From an uncultured delta proteobacterium (lineage in GTDB: Bacteria > Desulfobacterota > Binatia > Binatales > Binataceae), in the NCBI GenBank assembly GCA_963711565.1, contig CAVQEQ010000001.1, positions 352,001-416,000 of the forward strand: DNA of 64,000 nt. The letters are read 5' to 3'. The stretch's first letter is position 1. Every line of letters starts with the position of its first letter. Positions 27,512 to 40,632 of this stretch are shown here, one piece after another. The position numbers and the translations under genes are program-made. The notes under the pieces are model-generated. The model did no database searches, was not told the origin of the DNA, and worked only from the letters and a program-made list of their open reading frames with translations.

Positions 27512-29305
27512 ATGACACGCAATTTTCGGTTGTTTTCACACGGCGCGATACTGGTTGGAGTTTTCCTCGCCATATCTTTGCTCGCGGCGCCGCCGGCGCA
27601 TGCCGTCAAGGCAGATGAACTCGTAAAGATCAATTCCGCCACGATCGACCCTCCGCTGAAGGCCGGCGAATCGAGCACGCTCACAGTCGCGGCCAGGGTA
27701 ATTCCGGATTGGCATATCAATTCGGACAAACCGTTCAGCGAAGATTACATCCCGACCAAGCTCCAGGTCAGCGGCCCAGTCAGCGTGACGCCGGGCGCGA
27801 TCAAATACCCGCCGGCGGAAACGATGACGCTCGATCCCGCGGCTGGCGGCGACAAGATTTCGGTGTTTGGCGGCGACCTGAAGTTCGAGGTGCCGCTCAA
27901 GGCGGCCGCCGACTTCGCGCCGAAGCCGGGCGACGAGTTGACAGTTACGATCGACTACCAAGGCTGTAACAACAACGAATGCCTGCGGCCGGCCTCGGTC
28001 AGCACGACCGTCGCGCTTGCGGCTCCAGGAGCGGCAGCGGGCGCGCTCGAGGGTATCGCTGCTGGAGGCTCGAAGAACGACGGCATCGGCGGCGGTGATG
28101 ATGATTCCGCGGGCGCGATCGAGCACATTTTTCTCAATCATGGATGGTTCCTTGGCTTCCTCGCGGTGTTTCTCGGCGGACTGGCGCTGAATCTGACGCC
28201 GTGCGTCTATCCGCTGATCGGCGTGACGATCGCGTACTTCGGCAACCAGGGCGGCGGCCCTCGCCGCGTGATGTACCTGGCTATCCTTTTCGTGCTCGGA
28301 ATCGCTCTGACGTTCTCGTCGGTCGGCGTCGCCGTCGCCATGTCGGGCGGATTATTCGGCGCCGCGATGCGCAATCCGTTCGTGCTCATCGCGCTGTCGA
28401 TGATGCTGCTCGCGCTCGCCGCGTCGAGCTTCGGCCTGTTCGTCCTCCAGCCGCCACAGTGGATAATGCAGCGCGCAGGCGCCGCCCATCCCGGCTATGC
28501 GGGCGCGTTGCTGATGGGCCTTGGGATGGGCGTGGTCGCCGCGCCATGCATCGGGCCGATCGTGCTGGGCCTGCTGCTGATGGTGGAGAAAAGCGGGAGC
28601 GCGCTGTTTGGGTTCGCGCTGTTCTTCACGCTGGCGCTCGGACTTGGCCTGCCGTACATCGGCCTGGCGATGGCGGCCGGGCATATCCGCCGCCTGCCGC
28701 GCTCGGGCGAATGGCTTACGTGGGTCGAGCATCTGTTCGGATTCGTGCTGGTGGGACTCGCGCTCTACTTTCTCGATACCGTCGTGCCGAACAACCTGAT
28801 GACGCGATTCCTGCCCTACTACGCGGCCGGCGTCGGAATTTATCTCGGCTTCATTTCGCGCGAAGGCCGAAGCTGGCGTCCGTTCCTGGTGATGAGGTCG
28901 ACTCTGGGAGTAGTCGCGATAGCCGCGCTGGCATTCCTGCTGTATCCGCGACAGGCGCCGGAGAAACTTCGCTTCGAGCCGTTCAACTCGGAACTGCTCG
29001 CGTCGGCGGCCGAAGCGCGCAAGCCAGTGCTGATCGATTTCAGCGCCGATTGGTGCATCCCGTGCCGCGAGATGGAGCATTCAACCTTCGTCGATCCGTC
29101 CGTGGTCAGCGAGGCCAAGCGCTTCTTACGGATGAAGGCGAATCTGACGGCGCAGGACAAAAAGACTGAAGAACTGACGAGCAAGTACGAAATCCAGGGC
29201 GTGCCGACGACGATGCTGATCGACTCGGCTGGCAAAGTGGCGCAGCGCAAAGTCGGTTATATCGGTCCGCAGGAGATGCTGGCGGACCTAAGACAGGTAG
29301 ATTAA
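27512..29305 (+). CDS. dsbD: Thiol:disulfide interchange protein DsbD
   Basis: N-domain YQGCNNNECL, TM LTPCVYP and APCIGP, thioredoxin ADWCIPC. Confidence 0.9.
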   Translation: MTRNFRLFSHGAILVGVFLAISLLAAPPAHAVKADELVKINSATIDPPLKAGESSTLTVAARVIPDWHINSDKPFSEDYIPTKLQVSGPVSVTPGAIKYPPAETMTLDPAAGGDKISVFGGDLKFEVPLKAAADFAPKPGDELTVTIDYQGCNNNECLRPASVSTTVALAAPGAAAGALEGIAAGGSKNDGIGGGDDDSAGAIEHIFLNHGWFLGFLAVFLGGLALNLTPCVYPLIGVTIAYFGNQGGGPRRVMYLAILFVLGIALTFSSVGVAVAMSGGLFGAAMRNPFVLIALSMMLLALAASSFGLFVLQPPQWIMQRAGAAHPGYAGALLMGLGMGVVAAPCIGPIVLGLLLMVEKSGSALFGFALFFTLALGLGLPYIGLAMAAGHIRRLPRSGEWLTWVEHLFGFVLVGLALYFLDTVVPNNLMTRFLPYYAAGVGIYLGFISREGRSWRPFLVMRSTLGVVAIAALAFLLYPRQAPEKLRFEPFNSELLASAAEARKPVLIDFSADWCIPCREMEHSTFVDPSVVSEAKRFLRMKANLTAQDKKTEELTSKYEIQGVPTTMLIDSAGKVAQRKVGYIGPQEMLADLRQVD

Positions 29306-29308
29306 AGA

Positions 29309-29564
29309 GCGGGGCTGCGGCGCCCCGCACCCTCGGCAGGGGTGACCCCTGCACCCGGTATTCGGAAAAAGGAAAGATGCGGGCTAACGCCCTGTTAGGA
29401 AGTTTTGGGCGCGAGGACGCGTAGCGAGCTCGTGCCCCTAATTGCGGATAAGCCTCGACGTTTCTTCCCTGAACTAGTTCTAACAGGGACGAAGTCCCGC
29501 ATCTTCTTCCTAATATTGGGTGCAGGTGTCACCCCTGCGGCGGGCGCGGGGCGCGCAGCCCCGC
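29309..29564. repeat. 256-bp fold-back (MITE-like or structured RNA) element
   Basis: Terminal arms gcggggctgcggcgccccgcacc...caggggtgacccctgcaccc and gggtgcaggtgtcacccctgc...gcggggcgcgcagccccgc; inner pairs aagatgcggg/cccgcatctt and ccctgttag/ctaacaggg. Confidence 0.85.
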
Positions 29565-29637
29565 ATACGATTCTCGCGACGCGCTGCGCTTCACATTACG
29601 TCCCAGCTCTCGTACATTCGCGGTATGAGGTTTTGCC

Positions 29638-30327
29638 ATGGCTGCGAATGACGGATTTGTGCGCGAGATTTTCTCGATGGTGAAAGAGCGGCGCTCTTTC
29701 GGACGGCATCCGATTTGGCATCGAATCGCCGATGGGAAAGTCTCGCAGGCCGGGTTGTGCAACTTCGCGGTCCAGTTCTTTCTGCAGGTGCGTGAATTCC
29801 CGCGAGCGCTGAGCGCGTTGCATTCGCGATGCGTCAACGCCGAGGAGCGGGTGAAGCTCGCCGAGAGCCTGTACGAAGAGGAGACCGGCAAAGTTTCCGG
29901 CAGCGCGCCGCATCCCGAATTGTTCATCCGGCTCGGACTCGGGCTGGGGCTAAGCCGCGACGACATGATCCATGGCAAGGCGCTGCCCTCGACGGCGGCG
30001 CTGATCGACTGGTTCGAGCTCTCGACCAAGGACCGCTCGTTCGCCGAGGGAATCGGCGCGATCAATCTCGCGGCGGAGGGCCAGGTGCCGGGCAACTTCG
30101 CGCCGTTCGCGCGCGCGCTCGAAAAAAATTACGGACTTTCGCGCGAGCAAGTCGCGTTTTTCGACGTGCATGAAATCGCCGACCGCGACCATAGCGATGT
30201 CGGCGACAACATCCTGAGTCACACGCCGATGAGCGAAGTGGAGCGCGCGAAAGTGCGGGCCGCCGTAGAGCGCTCGCTCGAGATGTGGTGGCAATTCTTC
30301 GACGGAATTCAGCGCGCCTGCGAGTGA
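29638..30327 (+). CDS. PqqC/TenA/CADD-like heme-oxygenase-like diiron protein
   Basis: YEEETG..HPELF, AAEGQVP, FFDVHEIADRDH. Confidence 0.82.
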   Translation: MAANDGFVREIFSMVKERRSFGRHPIWHRIADGKVSQAGLCNFAVQFFLQVREFPRALSALHSRCVNAEERVKLAESLYEEETGKVSGSAPHPELFIRLGLGLGLSRDDMIHGKALPSTAALIDWFELSTKDRSFAEGIGAINLAAEGQVPGNFAPFARALEKNYGLSREQVAFFDVHEIADRDHSDVGDNILSHTPMSEVERAKVRAAVERSLEMWWQFFDGIQRACE

Positions 30328-30601
30328 CATTTTGGGTTGCGAATAGATCGAATTTCTGCCTTTTGCACGGTGAATCTGTGCGTATCCAATTTGGCAAAAT
30401 GCCGTTCTGTTATCGGCTCCGTCTGCTTTTAAGAAAACGTTCCCGCACCGTCAAATCCTGAAGCCGAAAAACGTACACTGAGTGGCTACTTTTCTATGCA
30501 CAGGGTTATGATTCAAATATCGTTTGATTAGCCCGTCGAGCGACTCAGTCTTCCTTTACTTTAGTGCCGCGGACGAATACAATTTTTGCTGGTGGTGGTG
30601 A

Positions 30602-33049
<2,448 letters not shown>

Positions 33050-33090
33050 CGAGCCGCGCACGACGTTGATGCGAGGTCCGAACGCGTCGC

Positions 33091-33330
33091 ATGTCATCGA
33101 GGGAATCTTTGCACGAAGAAATCCGCATCATGGCGACGAACTGCGCCGTGTGCGAGCGTGACGCCCGCGACGCGGAACAAAATCTGGGCGTGGCGATCGG
33201 CCTCGACGGCATCGCGCACCCTGAAGATTCTTTCGCGTACGACCTGCTGCCGCATCGACGCGAATTCCATCGCGAAAAACTGCTGCGGAAAATTCAGGAG
33301 TGGGCGGCGCTCGAAGAACAATGCGGCTAA
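33091..33330 (+). CDS. Small hypothetical CxxC protein between gyrB and gyrA
   Basis: 79 aa, genome-typical G/C-ending codons, fills most of the intergenic gap. Confidence 0.5.
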   Translation: MSSRESLHEEIRIMATNCAVCERDARDAEQNLGVAIGLDGIAHPEDSFAYDLLPHRREFHREKLLRKIQEWAALEEQCG

Positions 33331-33381
33331 TCGAAATAAAAATTCGCGAGCGCTCGGAACTCGCGGGAGCTTCCAAGTTAA

Positions 33382-35925
33382 ATGGCTGAAACCAACGGCA
33401 ACGAACCGCATCGCAACGAACCCGCGCTGCTGAATATCGAAGACGACATGCGCCAGTCCTACCTGGACTACGCGATGTCGGTGAATATCGGACGCGCGTT
33501 GCCACAGATTCGCGACGGCCTCAAGCCGGTCCATCGACGCATCCTGTACGCGATGTTCCGCACGGGCCTGCTCTCGAATCGACGCTATACCAAGTGCGCC
33601 GCGGTCGTGGGCGAGGTGCTTGCGCGTTACCATCCGCATGGCGACATGGCGGTTTACGATTCGCTCGTGCGCATGGCGCAGCCGTTCAGCCTCCGCTACC
33701 TGCTCATCGACGGCCAGGGCAATTTTGGATCCGTCAACGGCGACCCGCCCGCCGCCTATCGCTACACCGAATGCAAGTTGACGCGGCTGGCCGAGCGGAT
33801 GCTCGCCGACATCGACAAGGACACTGTCGACTTCGTCCCCAACTTCGACGGCTCGCACATGGAGCCCGACATTCTGCCCGCGCAGTTTCCGAACCTGCTG
33901 GTTAACGGCTCCGACGGCATCGCGGTTGGGATGGCGACGAACATCCCGCCGCACAATCTCGGCGAGGTTTGCGACGCGCTGCTCGCGCTCATCAACAAAC
34001 CGAACATCACGCACGAAGAGATTCTCGACATTATACCCGGTCCCGATTTTCCGACCGGCGGGCAGTTACTCGGGCGTCAGGCGATTCGCCAGGCCTACCT
34101 CACCGGCCGCGGCACTCTCACCATGCGCGCTCTGGCAGCCATCGAGACCGACAAGCGCAGTTCGCGCGCCTCGATCATCATTCGCGAAATTCCCTACCAG
34201 GTGAACAAGGCGCGGATGATCGAGCGGGTGGCCGAGCTGGTCAACGACAAGCGCATCGAAGGCATCAGCGACATCCGCGACGAGTCGGATCGCGACGGCA
34301 TGCGCGTCGTCGTTGAGCTCAAGCGCGATGCCGAACCCCGCATCGTCCTCAACCAGCTCTACAAGCTCACCCAGATGCAGCAGGGCTACGGCATCATCCT
34401 GCTCGGCATCCACGAGGGCCGGCCCAAGGAGATGACGCTGCTGCAGATGCTCGTCGCGTTCCTCGAGCATCGCAAAATCGTCCTCACGCGGCGCACGCGT
34501 TTCGAGTTGAAGGAGGCCGAAGCGCGCCTCCATATCCTCGACGGTCTGCTTATCGCGCTGAAGAACCTCGACGCGGTGATCAAGTTGATTCGCGGATCGA
34601 AGGACGCCGAGACCGCCCGCTCAGGCCTGATGAAGCAATTCGGCCTGTCGCAGTTGCAGGCGCAGGCGATCCTCGATCTGACGCTGCGCCGTCTGACTTC
34701 GCTCGAGCGCGAAAAAATCGAAACCGAGCACAAGGAAACCGTCGCTCTCATCGCGCGCTACAAGAAAATACTCGCAGACGAAAAAGAATTGTTGAAGCTG
34801 ATCGCCGGCGAGCTCGACGAAATCAAAAAGGAGTTCGCCGATCCCCGCCGCACCCAGATCATCGAGGCCGAGGGCGAGTTCTCGGTTGAGGATCTGATTG
34901 TTGAAGAGGATCAGCTCGTCACGGTCACGCACGGCGGCTACATCAAGCGCACCCCGCTCTCGCTCTATCGTACACAGAAGCGCGGCGGCCGCGGCAAGAT
35001 TGGCGCGACGACCACTGAAGAGGATTTCGTCGAACATCTCGAGCGGGTCTCGACCCACGACCGCCTGATGTTCTTCACCAGCGCCGGCAAGGTTTACGAG
35101 CTGAAGGCCTACGAATTGCCCGAGGGCGGCCGCGCTGCCAAGGGACGCTCGATCGCAAACCTGCTCAGCCTCGCCAACGATGAGACGCTGTCCGCATTTA
35201 TTCCCGTACCGCGTGAAACCGCCGGCAAGTTCGTCTTTTTCGCGACCAGTCGCGGCCGCGTGAAGAAGACCGCGCTGGACGAATACGAAAATATTCGCTC
35301 GACCGGAATCATCGCGATCAACCTCGAAGACGGCGACACGCTGGTCGATGTGCGCATCACCGACGGCAATCAGCAAATCGTGCTCTCGACGCGCGAGGGC
35401 CAGGCGATTCGCTTCAAGGAAGAAGAAGCGCGCCCGATGGGCCGCGCCACCGGCGGCGTCGTCGGCATGGAACTCGAATCGCAAACCGTCAAGGAAGGCA
35501 AGACTGTCATCCTGATCGAGGACGAAGTCGTTTCGATGTCCACCGTGCGCGACGACGAGACCCTCCTCACCGTTTCCGAACTCGGCTACGGCAAACGCAC
35601 GCCCGCCTCCGATTACCGGCTCACGCATCGCGGCGGCAAGGGCGTCATCACGATGAACGTGACCGAGAAGACCGGCAAGGTGATCAGCGTCCGCCAGGTC
35701 GGCATCGACGACCAGGTGATGCTGATAACCGACGGCGGCAAAGTGATTCGGCTGGCGGTCAAGGGCGTGCGCATCACTGGCCGCAACGCGCAGGGCGTCC
35801 ACATGGTGCGGCTCGAGGGCAGCGAACGCGTTCGCGCGGTGGCCGGGATGGCCGAGCGCGACGACGACGAAGCCAACGGCAACGGATCGAACGGCAACGG
35901 GGATGGAGATGATTCGGCCGAGTAG
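33382..35925 (+). CDS. gyrA: DNA gyrase subunit A
   Basis: [20 protein letters not shown] (catalytic Tyr), GyrA box QKRGGRG, acidic tail. Confidence 0.98.
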   Translation: MAETNGNEPHRNEPALLNIEDDMRQSYLDYAMSVNIGRALPQIRDGLKPVHRRILYAMFRTGLLSNRRYTKCAAVVGEVLARYHPHGDMAVYDSLVRMAQPFSLRYLLIDGQGNFGSVNGDPPAAYRYTECKLTRLAERMLADIDKDTVDFVPNFDGSHMEPDILPAQFPNLLVNGSDGIAVGMATNIPPHNLGEVCDALLALINKPNITHEEILDIIPGPDFPTGGQLLGRQAIRQAYLTGRGTLTMRALAAIETDKRSSRASIIIREIPYQVNKARMIERVAELVNDKRIEGISDIRDESDRDGMRVVVELKRDAEPRIVLNQLYKLTQMQQGYGIILLGIHEGRPKEMTLLQMLVAFLEHRKIVLTRRTRFELKEAEARLHILDGLLIALKNLDAVIKLIRGSKDAETARSGLMKQFGLSQLQAQAILDLTLRRLTSLEREKIETEHKETVALIARYKKILADEKELLKLIAGELDEIKKEFADPRRTQIIEAEGEFSVEDLIVEEDQLVTVTHGGYIKRTPLSLYRTQKRGGRGKIGATTTEEDFVEHLERVSTHDRLMFFTSAGKVYELKAYELPEGGRAAKGRSIANLLSLANDETLSAFIPVPRETAGKFVFFATSRGRVKKTALDEYENIRSTGIIAINLEDGDTLVDVRITDGNQQIVLSTREGQAIRFKEEEARPMGRATGGVVGMELESQTVKEGKTVILIEDEVVSMSTVRDDETLLTVSELGYGKRTPASDYRLTHRGGKGVITMNVTEKTGKVISVRQVGIDDQVMLITDGGKVIRLAVKGVRITGRNAQGVHMVRLEGSERVRAVAGMAERDDDEANGNGSNGNGDGDDSAE

Positions 35926-35930
35926 CTAAT

Positions 35931-35958
35931 CGACTGACTATTCGCTAATAGTCAGTCG
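35931..35958. terminator. Hairpin between convergent gyrA and GST genes
   Basis: Perfect 12-bp stem cgactgactatt / aatagtcagtcg with a 4-nt loop. Confidence 0.55.
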
Positions 35959-35973
35959 TTAAATAGTCACTGA

Positions 35974-36582
35974 CTACGCTTTCGCACTCGGGCGCGAAGA
36001 CACTTTGCTGTACCATCGCGCCAGGTTCGTCTGTTCCGGCCGAATCCGGATATCGACCGTCTGCGCGAAATCGATCATGCACAGCGTCGTGATGTCCGCG
36101 ATCGAATACCGGTCGCCCGCGATGAATTCGCGATTTCCTAGCTCGGAATCCAGCCATGCGATGCGATCGATCGCAGAGCGTTTCTGAATCTCGCCGAATT
36201 CCGGTATCCGGCGACCGCGCCCTTCTGCAACCTTACTTAGATGCGACCACACGTGTCCCACCGGCGCGAAGATTTCGAGTTCGATTCTCCGATTCCACAT
36301 CTCGACTATCGCCTGCTCGCGCGCACCGACACCAAACAGCGGCAGCTCCGGTTGCATTTCGTCGAAGTAACGGCAGATCGCGACGCTCTCCGACAGACAA
36401 CTGCCGTCGTCGAGCTCGAGAATCGGCAGCGAGCCAAGCGGATTCTTCCTGTAGAACTCGGGCGTGCGGTTGGCGTTGCGCATGATATCGACTTGCACGA
36501 GCTCGAGGTCGATCCCCTTCTCCGCGAGGAAGATCCTCACGCGGCGCGGACTCGGCGCGAGCGTGAAATCGTACATCTTCAT
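35974..36582 (-). CDS. Glutathione S-transferase family protein
   Basis: APSPRRVRIFLAEKG, NPLGSLPILE, SESVAICRY, YSIADI. Confidence 0.9.
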   Translation of the reverse strand: MKMYDFTLAPSPRRVRIFLAEKGIDLELVQVDIMRNANRTPEFYRKNPLGSLPILELDDGSCLSESVAICRYFDEMQPELPLFGVGAREQAIVEMWNRRIELEIFAPVGHVWSHLSKVAEGRGRRIPEFGEIQKRSAIDRIAWLDSELGNREFIAGDRYSIADITTLCMIDFAQTVDIRIRPEQTNLARWYSKVSSRPSAKA

Positions 36583-37799
36583 GATGCTTCCACGGGCGGC
36601 TCTCCCGCTCCTGTCCCTTCCGCGCTGTACGCATCGTCGGCCGCGGTCAGCGCCCTTCCCCGCGCAATCTCGAATCCCATCGAGCCGAGAATCTCTTCGA
36701 GCGTGTTGAGCGCGAGCATCACGTTCTCACGACGCGAACCTTCGCCCATCAGGCCGACGCGCCAGATCTTGCCCTTGAGCGGTCCGAGTCCTGCCGCAAT
36801 TTCGATATTGAACAGCCGCAGCAATTCCGCGCGCACCTTGACGTCGTCGATTCCGGCTGGCACCGCGATCGTCGTGAGCTGCGGCAAGCGATGTCCTTCC
36901 TGCGCGGCAAGCTGCAGACCCATCGCGCGCACTCCGGCCTGGAACGCAGCCGCGTTGACACGATGCCTCTTCCATCGCGCTTCCAGCCCTTCCTCGACGA
37001 CGATCCGCAGCGCCTCGTAGAGCGCATAGTTCATCGTGATCGGCGCCGTATGGTGGTACAGCCGGTCGGGCCCCCAGTACTGCTCGATCAGAGCAACGTC
37101 GAAGTACCACGAGCGGCACTTCGTTTTGCGCGTGCGCACCGATTCCATCGCGCGCTCGCTGAACGTCACCGGCGACAGCCCCGGCGGCGCGCCGAGTCCC
37201 TTCTGCGTGCAGCTGTAACACGCGTCGATGTTCCACTTGTCGATCTCGACCGGCACGCAGGCGAGCGAGGTCACCGCGTCGATCGCAATCATCGCGCCGT
37301 GTCGATGCGCGAGCTCGGCAATTTCCTCGACCGGCTGATGTATCCCGGTCGAGGTCTCGGCGTGAACGACCGCGACGAGCTTCGGATTCTTCGCGGCCTT
37401 CAGCGCCGCCGCGACCTTTGCCGGCTCGACAATCGTTCCCCAATCCGCCTCGACCTTGCGAACCTTTGCGCCTAGCCGCGACGCGACTTCCGCCATCCGC
37501 GCGCCGAACGCGCCGTTGACACCGACCACGACCTCGTCGCCGTCTTCGATCAGATTCGCCATCACGGTTTCCATCCCCGCTGAACCAGTGCCCGAGACGG
37601 GAAACGTGATCTCATTCTTTGTGCGGAACACGATGCGCAGTAGCCGCTTGATGTTCTCCATCACCTTCAGAAAATCGGGATCGAGATGCCCGACGACCGG
37701 CGACGCCATCGCCTTCATCACACGCGGATTGACGTTCGATGGTCCCGGACCGAGCAGAATCCGCGCCGCAGGCCTGAGTTCCGGAAATGTATCCGCCAC
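36579..37799 (-). CDS. Alanine/serine--glyoxylate aminotransferase family (class V PLP)
   Basis: LLGPGPSNV, SGTGSAGME, VHAETSTG, CTQKGLGAPPGL; GTG start with RBS gaaggag. Confidence 0.92.
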   Translation of the reverse strand: MADTFPELRPAARILLGPGPSNVNPRVMKAMASPVVGHLDPDFLKVMENIKRLLRIVFRTKNEITFPVSGTGSAGMETVMANLIEDGDEVVVGVNGAFGARMAEVASRLGAKVRKVEADWGTIVEPAKVAAALKAAKNPKLVAVVHAETSTGIHQPVEEIAELAHRHGAMIAIDAVTSLACVPVEIDKWNIDACYSCTQKGLGAPPGLSPVTFSERAMESVRTRKTKCRSWYFDVALIEQYWGPDRLYHHTAPITMNYALYEALRIVVEEGLEARWKRHRVNAAAFQAGVRAMGLQLAAQEGHRLPQLTTIAVPAGIDDVKVRAELLRLFNIEIAAGLGPLKGKIWRVGLMGEGSRRENVMLALNTLEEILGSMGFEIARGRALTAADDAYSAEGTGAGEPPVEAS

Positions 37800-37924
37800 G
37801 TGTGTTTCTCCTTCCACGATTACTGGCTGAAATCGAACCTTGCTATTATGACCGCGAAGGATCAACCGCAAAAGCGGCCGGCGTGGTAGAGTGCTGCGGA
37901 AGTGAACGCGCCGGCGCAACAACA

Positions 37925-39358
37925 ATGAGTACCATCGACCGCAACCTGCTCGACGAGCTTCACGAAATTCTGGGCGACGGCGGAATTGTCTCGCGCACCA
38001 CCGAGCTGAAGGTTTACGAGTGCGACGGATGGACCGTCGAAAAAAGCGCCCCCGACGTGCTGCTGCTCCCGCGCTCGACTTCGCAGTTGAGCGCCGTCCT
38101 CGCCGCGCTCCATCATCGCGGCATTGCCTTCGTACCGCGCGGCGCTGGCACGGGCCTCTCCGGCGGATGCCTGCCGCTGGACGCGCCCGCGATGATCTGC
38201 ACATCGAAGATGAACCGGATCGTCGAAATCGATCTCGACAATCGGCGCGTTGTCGCCGAAAGCGGCGTCGTCAACCTGCACGTCACCAACGCCGTCAAAT
38301 CGAAGGGATATTTCTACGCGCCCGATCCGTCATCGCAGGTCGCGTGCTCGATCGGCGGCAACATCGCCGAGAATTCCGGCGGTCCGCACACTTTGAAATA
38401 CGGCGTGACCACCAACCACGTGCTCGCGCTCGAACTCGTTCTGCCCGACGGCGAAGTCGTCGAACTCGGCGGACCCACCGAAGAGCGATGCGGTTACGAT
38501 TTGGTCGGCGCAGTCGTCGGCGCGGAGGGCACCACGGGAATTGTCGCGCGCGCAACGCTGAAGCTGATGCGCGAGCCGGAGAATCACCGCACGCTCCTCG
38601 CCGCATTTCCCGACGCCGACACCGCGACGCGAGCCGTGTCGATGATCATAGCGTCGGGAATCGTGCCGGCCGCTCTCAAGATGATGGACCAGCTCATCAT
38701 TCGCGCCGTCGAGGAGGCCTTCCGTGTCGGCCTCCCTCTCGACGCCGGCGCGGTGCTGATCATCGAGCTCGAAGGTCTCGAGGCCGGGCTGACAACGTAC
38801 GCCGACGAGGTCACCAGAATAGTGAGCACGGCCGGCGCGTCGAGCGTCAGGCTCGCGCGCGACGAAGCGGAGCGTACGCTGCTGTGGAAGGCGCGCAAAC
38901 GGGCTTTTGGAGCCGTCGGGCGCCTCGCGCCGAATTACGCGACTCAGGACGGAGTCGTGCCGCGAACCTGCCTGCCGCGAATTCTGCGCCTGATCGCCAA
39001 CGTCAGCCGTCGCTACGACTTGCGCATCGGCAACGTGTTCCACGCCGGCGACGGCAATTTGCATCCGATCATTCTCTACGACGAGCGCGAACCCGATCAG
39101 GTCCGCCGCGCAATCGACGCGGGCCGCGAAATTCTCAAAGCTTGCATCGAGATGGGCGGCAGCCTCACCGGCGAGCACGGAATCGGCGTCGAGAAAATCG
39201 GCGAGATGCCGCTGATGTTCTCGCCCGACGATCTTCGCGTCATGACCGAACTGCGCCACGTCTTCGATCCATTTGAGCGATCGAATCCTGGCAAGGTGAT
39301 CCCGCGGCCCGGTGCATGCGTCGAAGTCGCGACGCCGCGCCGCCAAGTGCCGATCTAA
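37925..39358 (+). CDS. glcD: Glycolate oxidase FAD subunit
   Basis: PRGAGTGLSGG, PDPSS, HTLKYGVT, FHAGDGNLHP, GEHGIG. Confidence 0.9.
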   Translation: MSTIDRNLLDELHEILGDGGIVSRTTELKVYECDGWTVEKSAPDVLLLPRSTSQLSAVLAALHHRGIAFVPRGAGTGLSGGCLPLDAPAMICTSKMNRIVEIDLDNRRVVAESGVVNLHVTNAVKSKGYFYAPDPSSQVACSIGGNIAENSGGPHTLKYGVTTNHVLALELVLPDGEVVELGGPTEERCGYDLVGAVVGAEGTTGIVARATLKLMREPENHRTLLAAFPDADTATRAVSMIIASGIVPAALKMMDQLIIRAVEEAFRVGLPLDAGAVLIIELEGLEAGLTTYADEVTRIVSTAGASSVRLARDEAERTLLWKARKRAFGAVGRLAPNYATQDGVVPRTCLPRILRLIANVSRRYDLRIGNVFHAGDGNLHPIILYDEREPDQVRRAIDAGREILKACIEMGGSLTGEHGIGVEKIGEMPLMFSPDDLRVMTELRHVFDPFERSNPGKVIPRPGACVEVATPRRQVPI

Positions 39359-39366
39359 CGGCTATC

Positions 39367-40632
39367 GTGGCTGCGATTGCATCTTCAAATCTCGCGAATC
39401 GGCTCGAGTCGATCGTCGGCGCCGGCCGCGTTCGCGCGCCAATCAATTCTGAAGTGCGCGCTGCAAACATGGTCGTCGAGCCCGCCTCCGTCGAGGAAAT
39501 CTGCGAACTCGTCCGTATGTGCGAAGCGGAGCGGATCGCGCTGGCTCCCGTCGGCGCGGCACGCTCACTCGCGGGCATTCGACGCACGCCGGTCGCGCTC
39601 GGCATCTCGATGACGCGCCTTGCGCGGATCGTCGCCCACGAACCGCACGACATGACAGTTGTCGCGGAATCTGGAATCACCGTCGGCGCTCTGAATGATG
39701 CGATGGCTTCTGCGCGCCAACGACTTCCCGTCGATCCATGCAATCCAGCCATGACAACCCTCGGCTCGTTGGTTTGCGCCGCGCACTCCGGACCGCTGCG
39801 CCTCGCTGAAGGCACTTCGCGCGACTTGCTGATCGGAGTTCGCCTGGTCGGTCACGGCGGCAACGTCGTCCACGGTGGCGGCCGCGTGGTCAAAAACGTC
39901 GCCGGTTATGATTTGATGAAACTGATGGGCGGTTCCTTCGGCACACTTGGAATAGTAACTGAGGCGACGTTCAAAGTGCGTCCGATTCCACCTGAGTACT
40001 GTCTCGCGATAGTTCCTTTTGCGCTGGCCACCGACGCGTTCGCCGCAGTTTACATACTCAATGACGCTCTGCCACTGAGTAATCTGGAAATACTAAGTCC
40101 CGCGCTGACAACGCGCTTTAATTCTACAAGTCCATTTCTACTGCTCGCCGGTTTCTCCGGGGGTCCGCTCGAAATAGGCTACCAGGCCGAGCGAATTCGC
40201 GATCTGTTGATCGCGCGCGGCGAAATCCTCGACGGCGCCGCCGCATCCAAAAGTTACGAGCTGCTTCGCGACATAGACTTTTATTCGTATCCTCTGTCCG
40301 CACAAATCGCGGTTCCACCGGTGCATCTCGCGCGAGTGCTGGAAGCCTGCGGCGCCGATTTTCGTGCTCACGCCGGCACGGGAGTCGCCCAGGTTTTCTC
40401 CGCAGACGAGCAATCGTCCGAAGCCGCCGTCAAAACCGTCATGCGATGGCGCGAGGCCGCGCATTCGGCGCGCGGCAATCTTCGGTTGCTCGCCGCCGCG
40501 CCCGCCATTCGTGACTCGCTGGAATTCTTCGACATGCCCAACGACGGCGCGCTCACGCTCATGCGGCGGCTCAAGGCCGCCTTCGATCCGGCCGGGATCT
40601 TCAACCCCGGATGCTTTGTCGGAGGAATCTGA
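39367..40632 (+). CDS. glcE: Glycolate oxidase FAD-binding subunit
   Basis: GGRVVKNVAGYDLMKL, GSFGTLG, LKAAFDPAGIFNPG. Confidence 0.88.
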   Translation: MAAIASSNLANRLESIVGAGRVRAPINSEVRAANMVVEPASVEEICELVRMCEAERIALAPVGAARSLAGIRRTPVALGISMTRLARIVAHEPHDMTVVAESGITVGALNDAMASARQRLPVDPCNPAMTTLGSLVCAAHSGPLRLAEGTSRDLLIGVRLVGHGGNVVHGGGRVVKNVAGYDLMKLMGGSFGTLGIVTEATFKVRPIPPEYCLAIVPFALATDAFAAVYILNDALPLSNLEILSPALTTRFNSTSPFLLLAGFSGGPLEIGYQAERIRDLLIARGEILDGAAASKSYELLRDIDFYSYPLSAQIAVPPVHLARVLEACGADFRAHAGTGVAQVFSADEQSSEAAVKTVMRWREAAHSARGNLRLLAAAPAIRDSLEFFDMPNDGALTLMRRLKAAFDPAGIFNPGCFVGGI

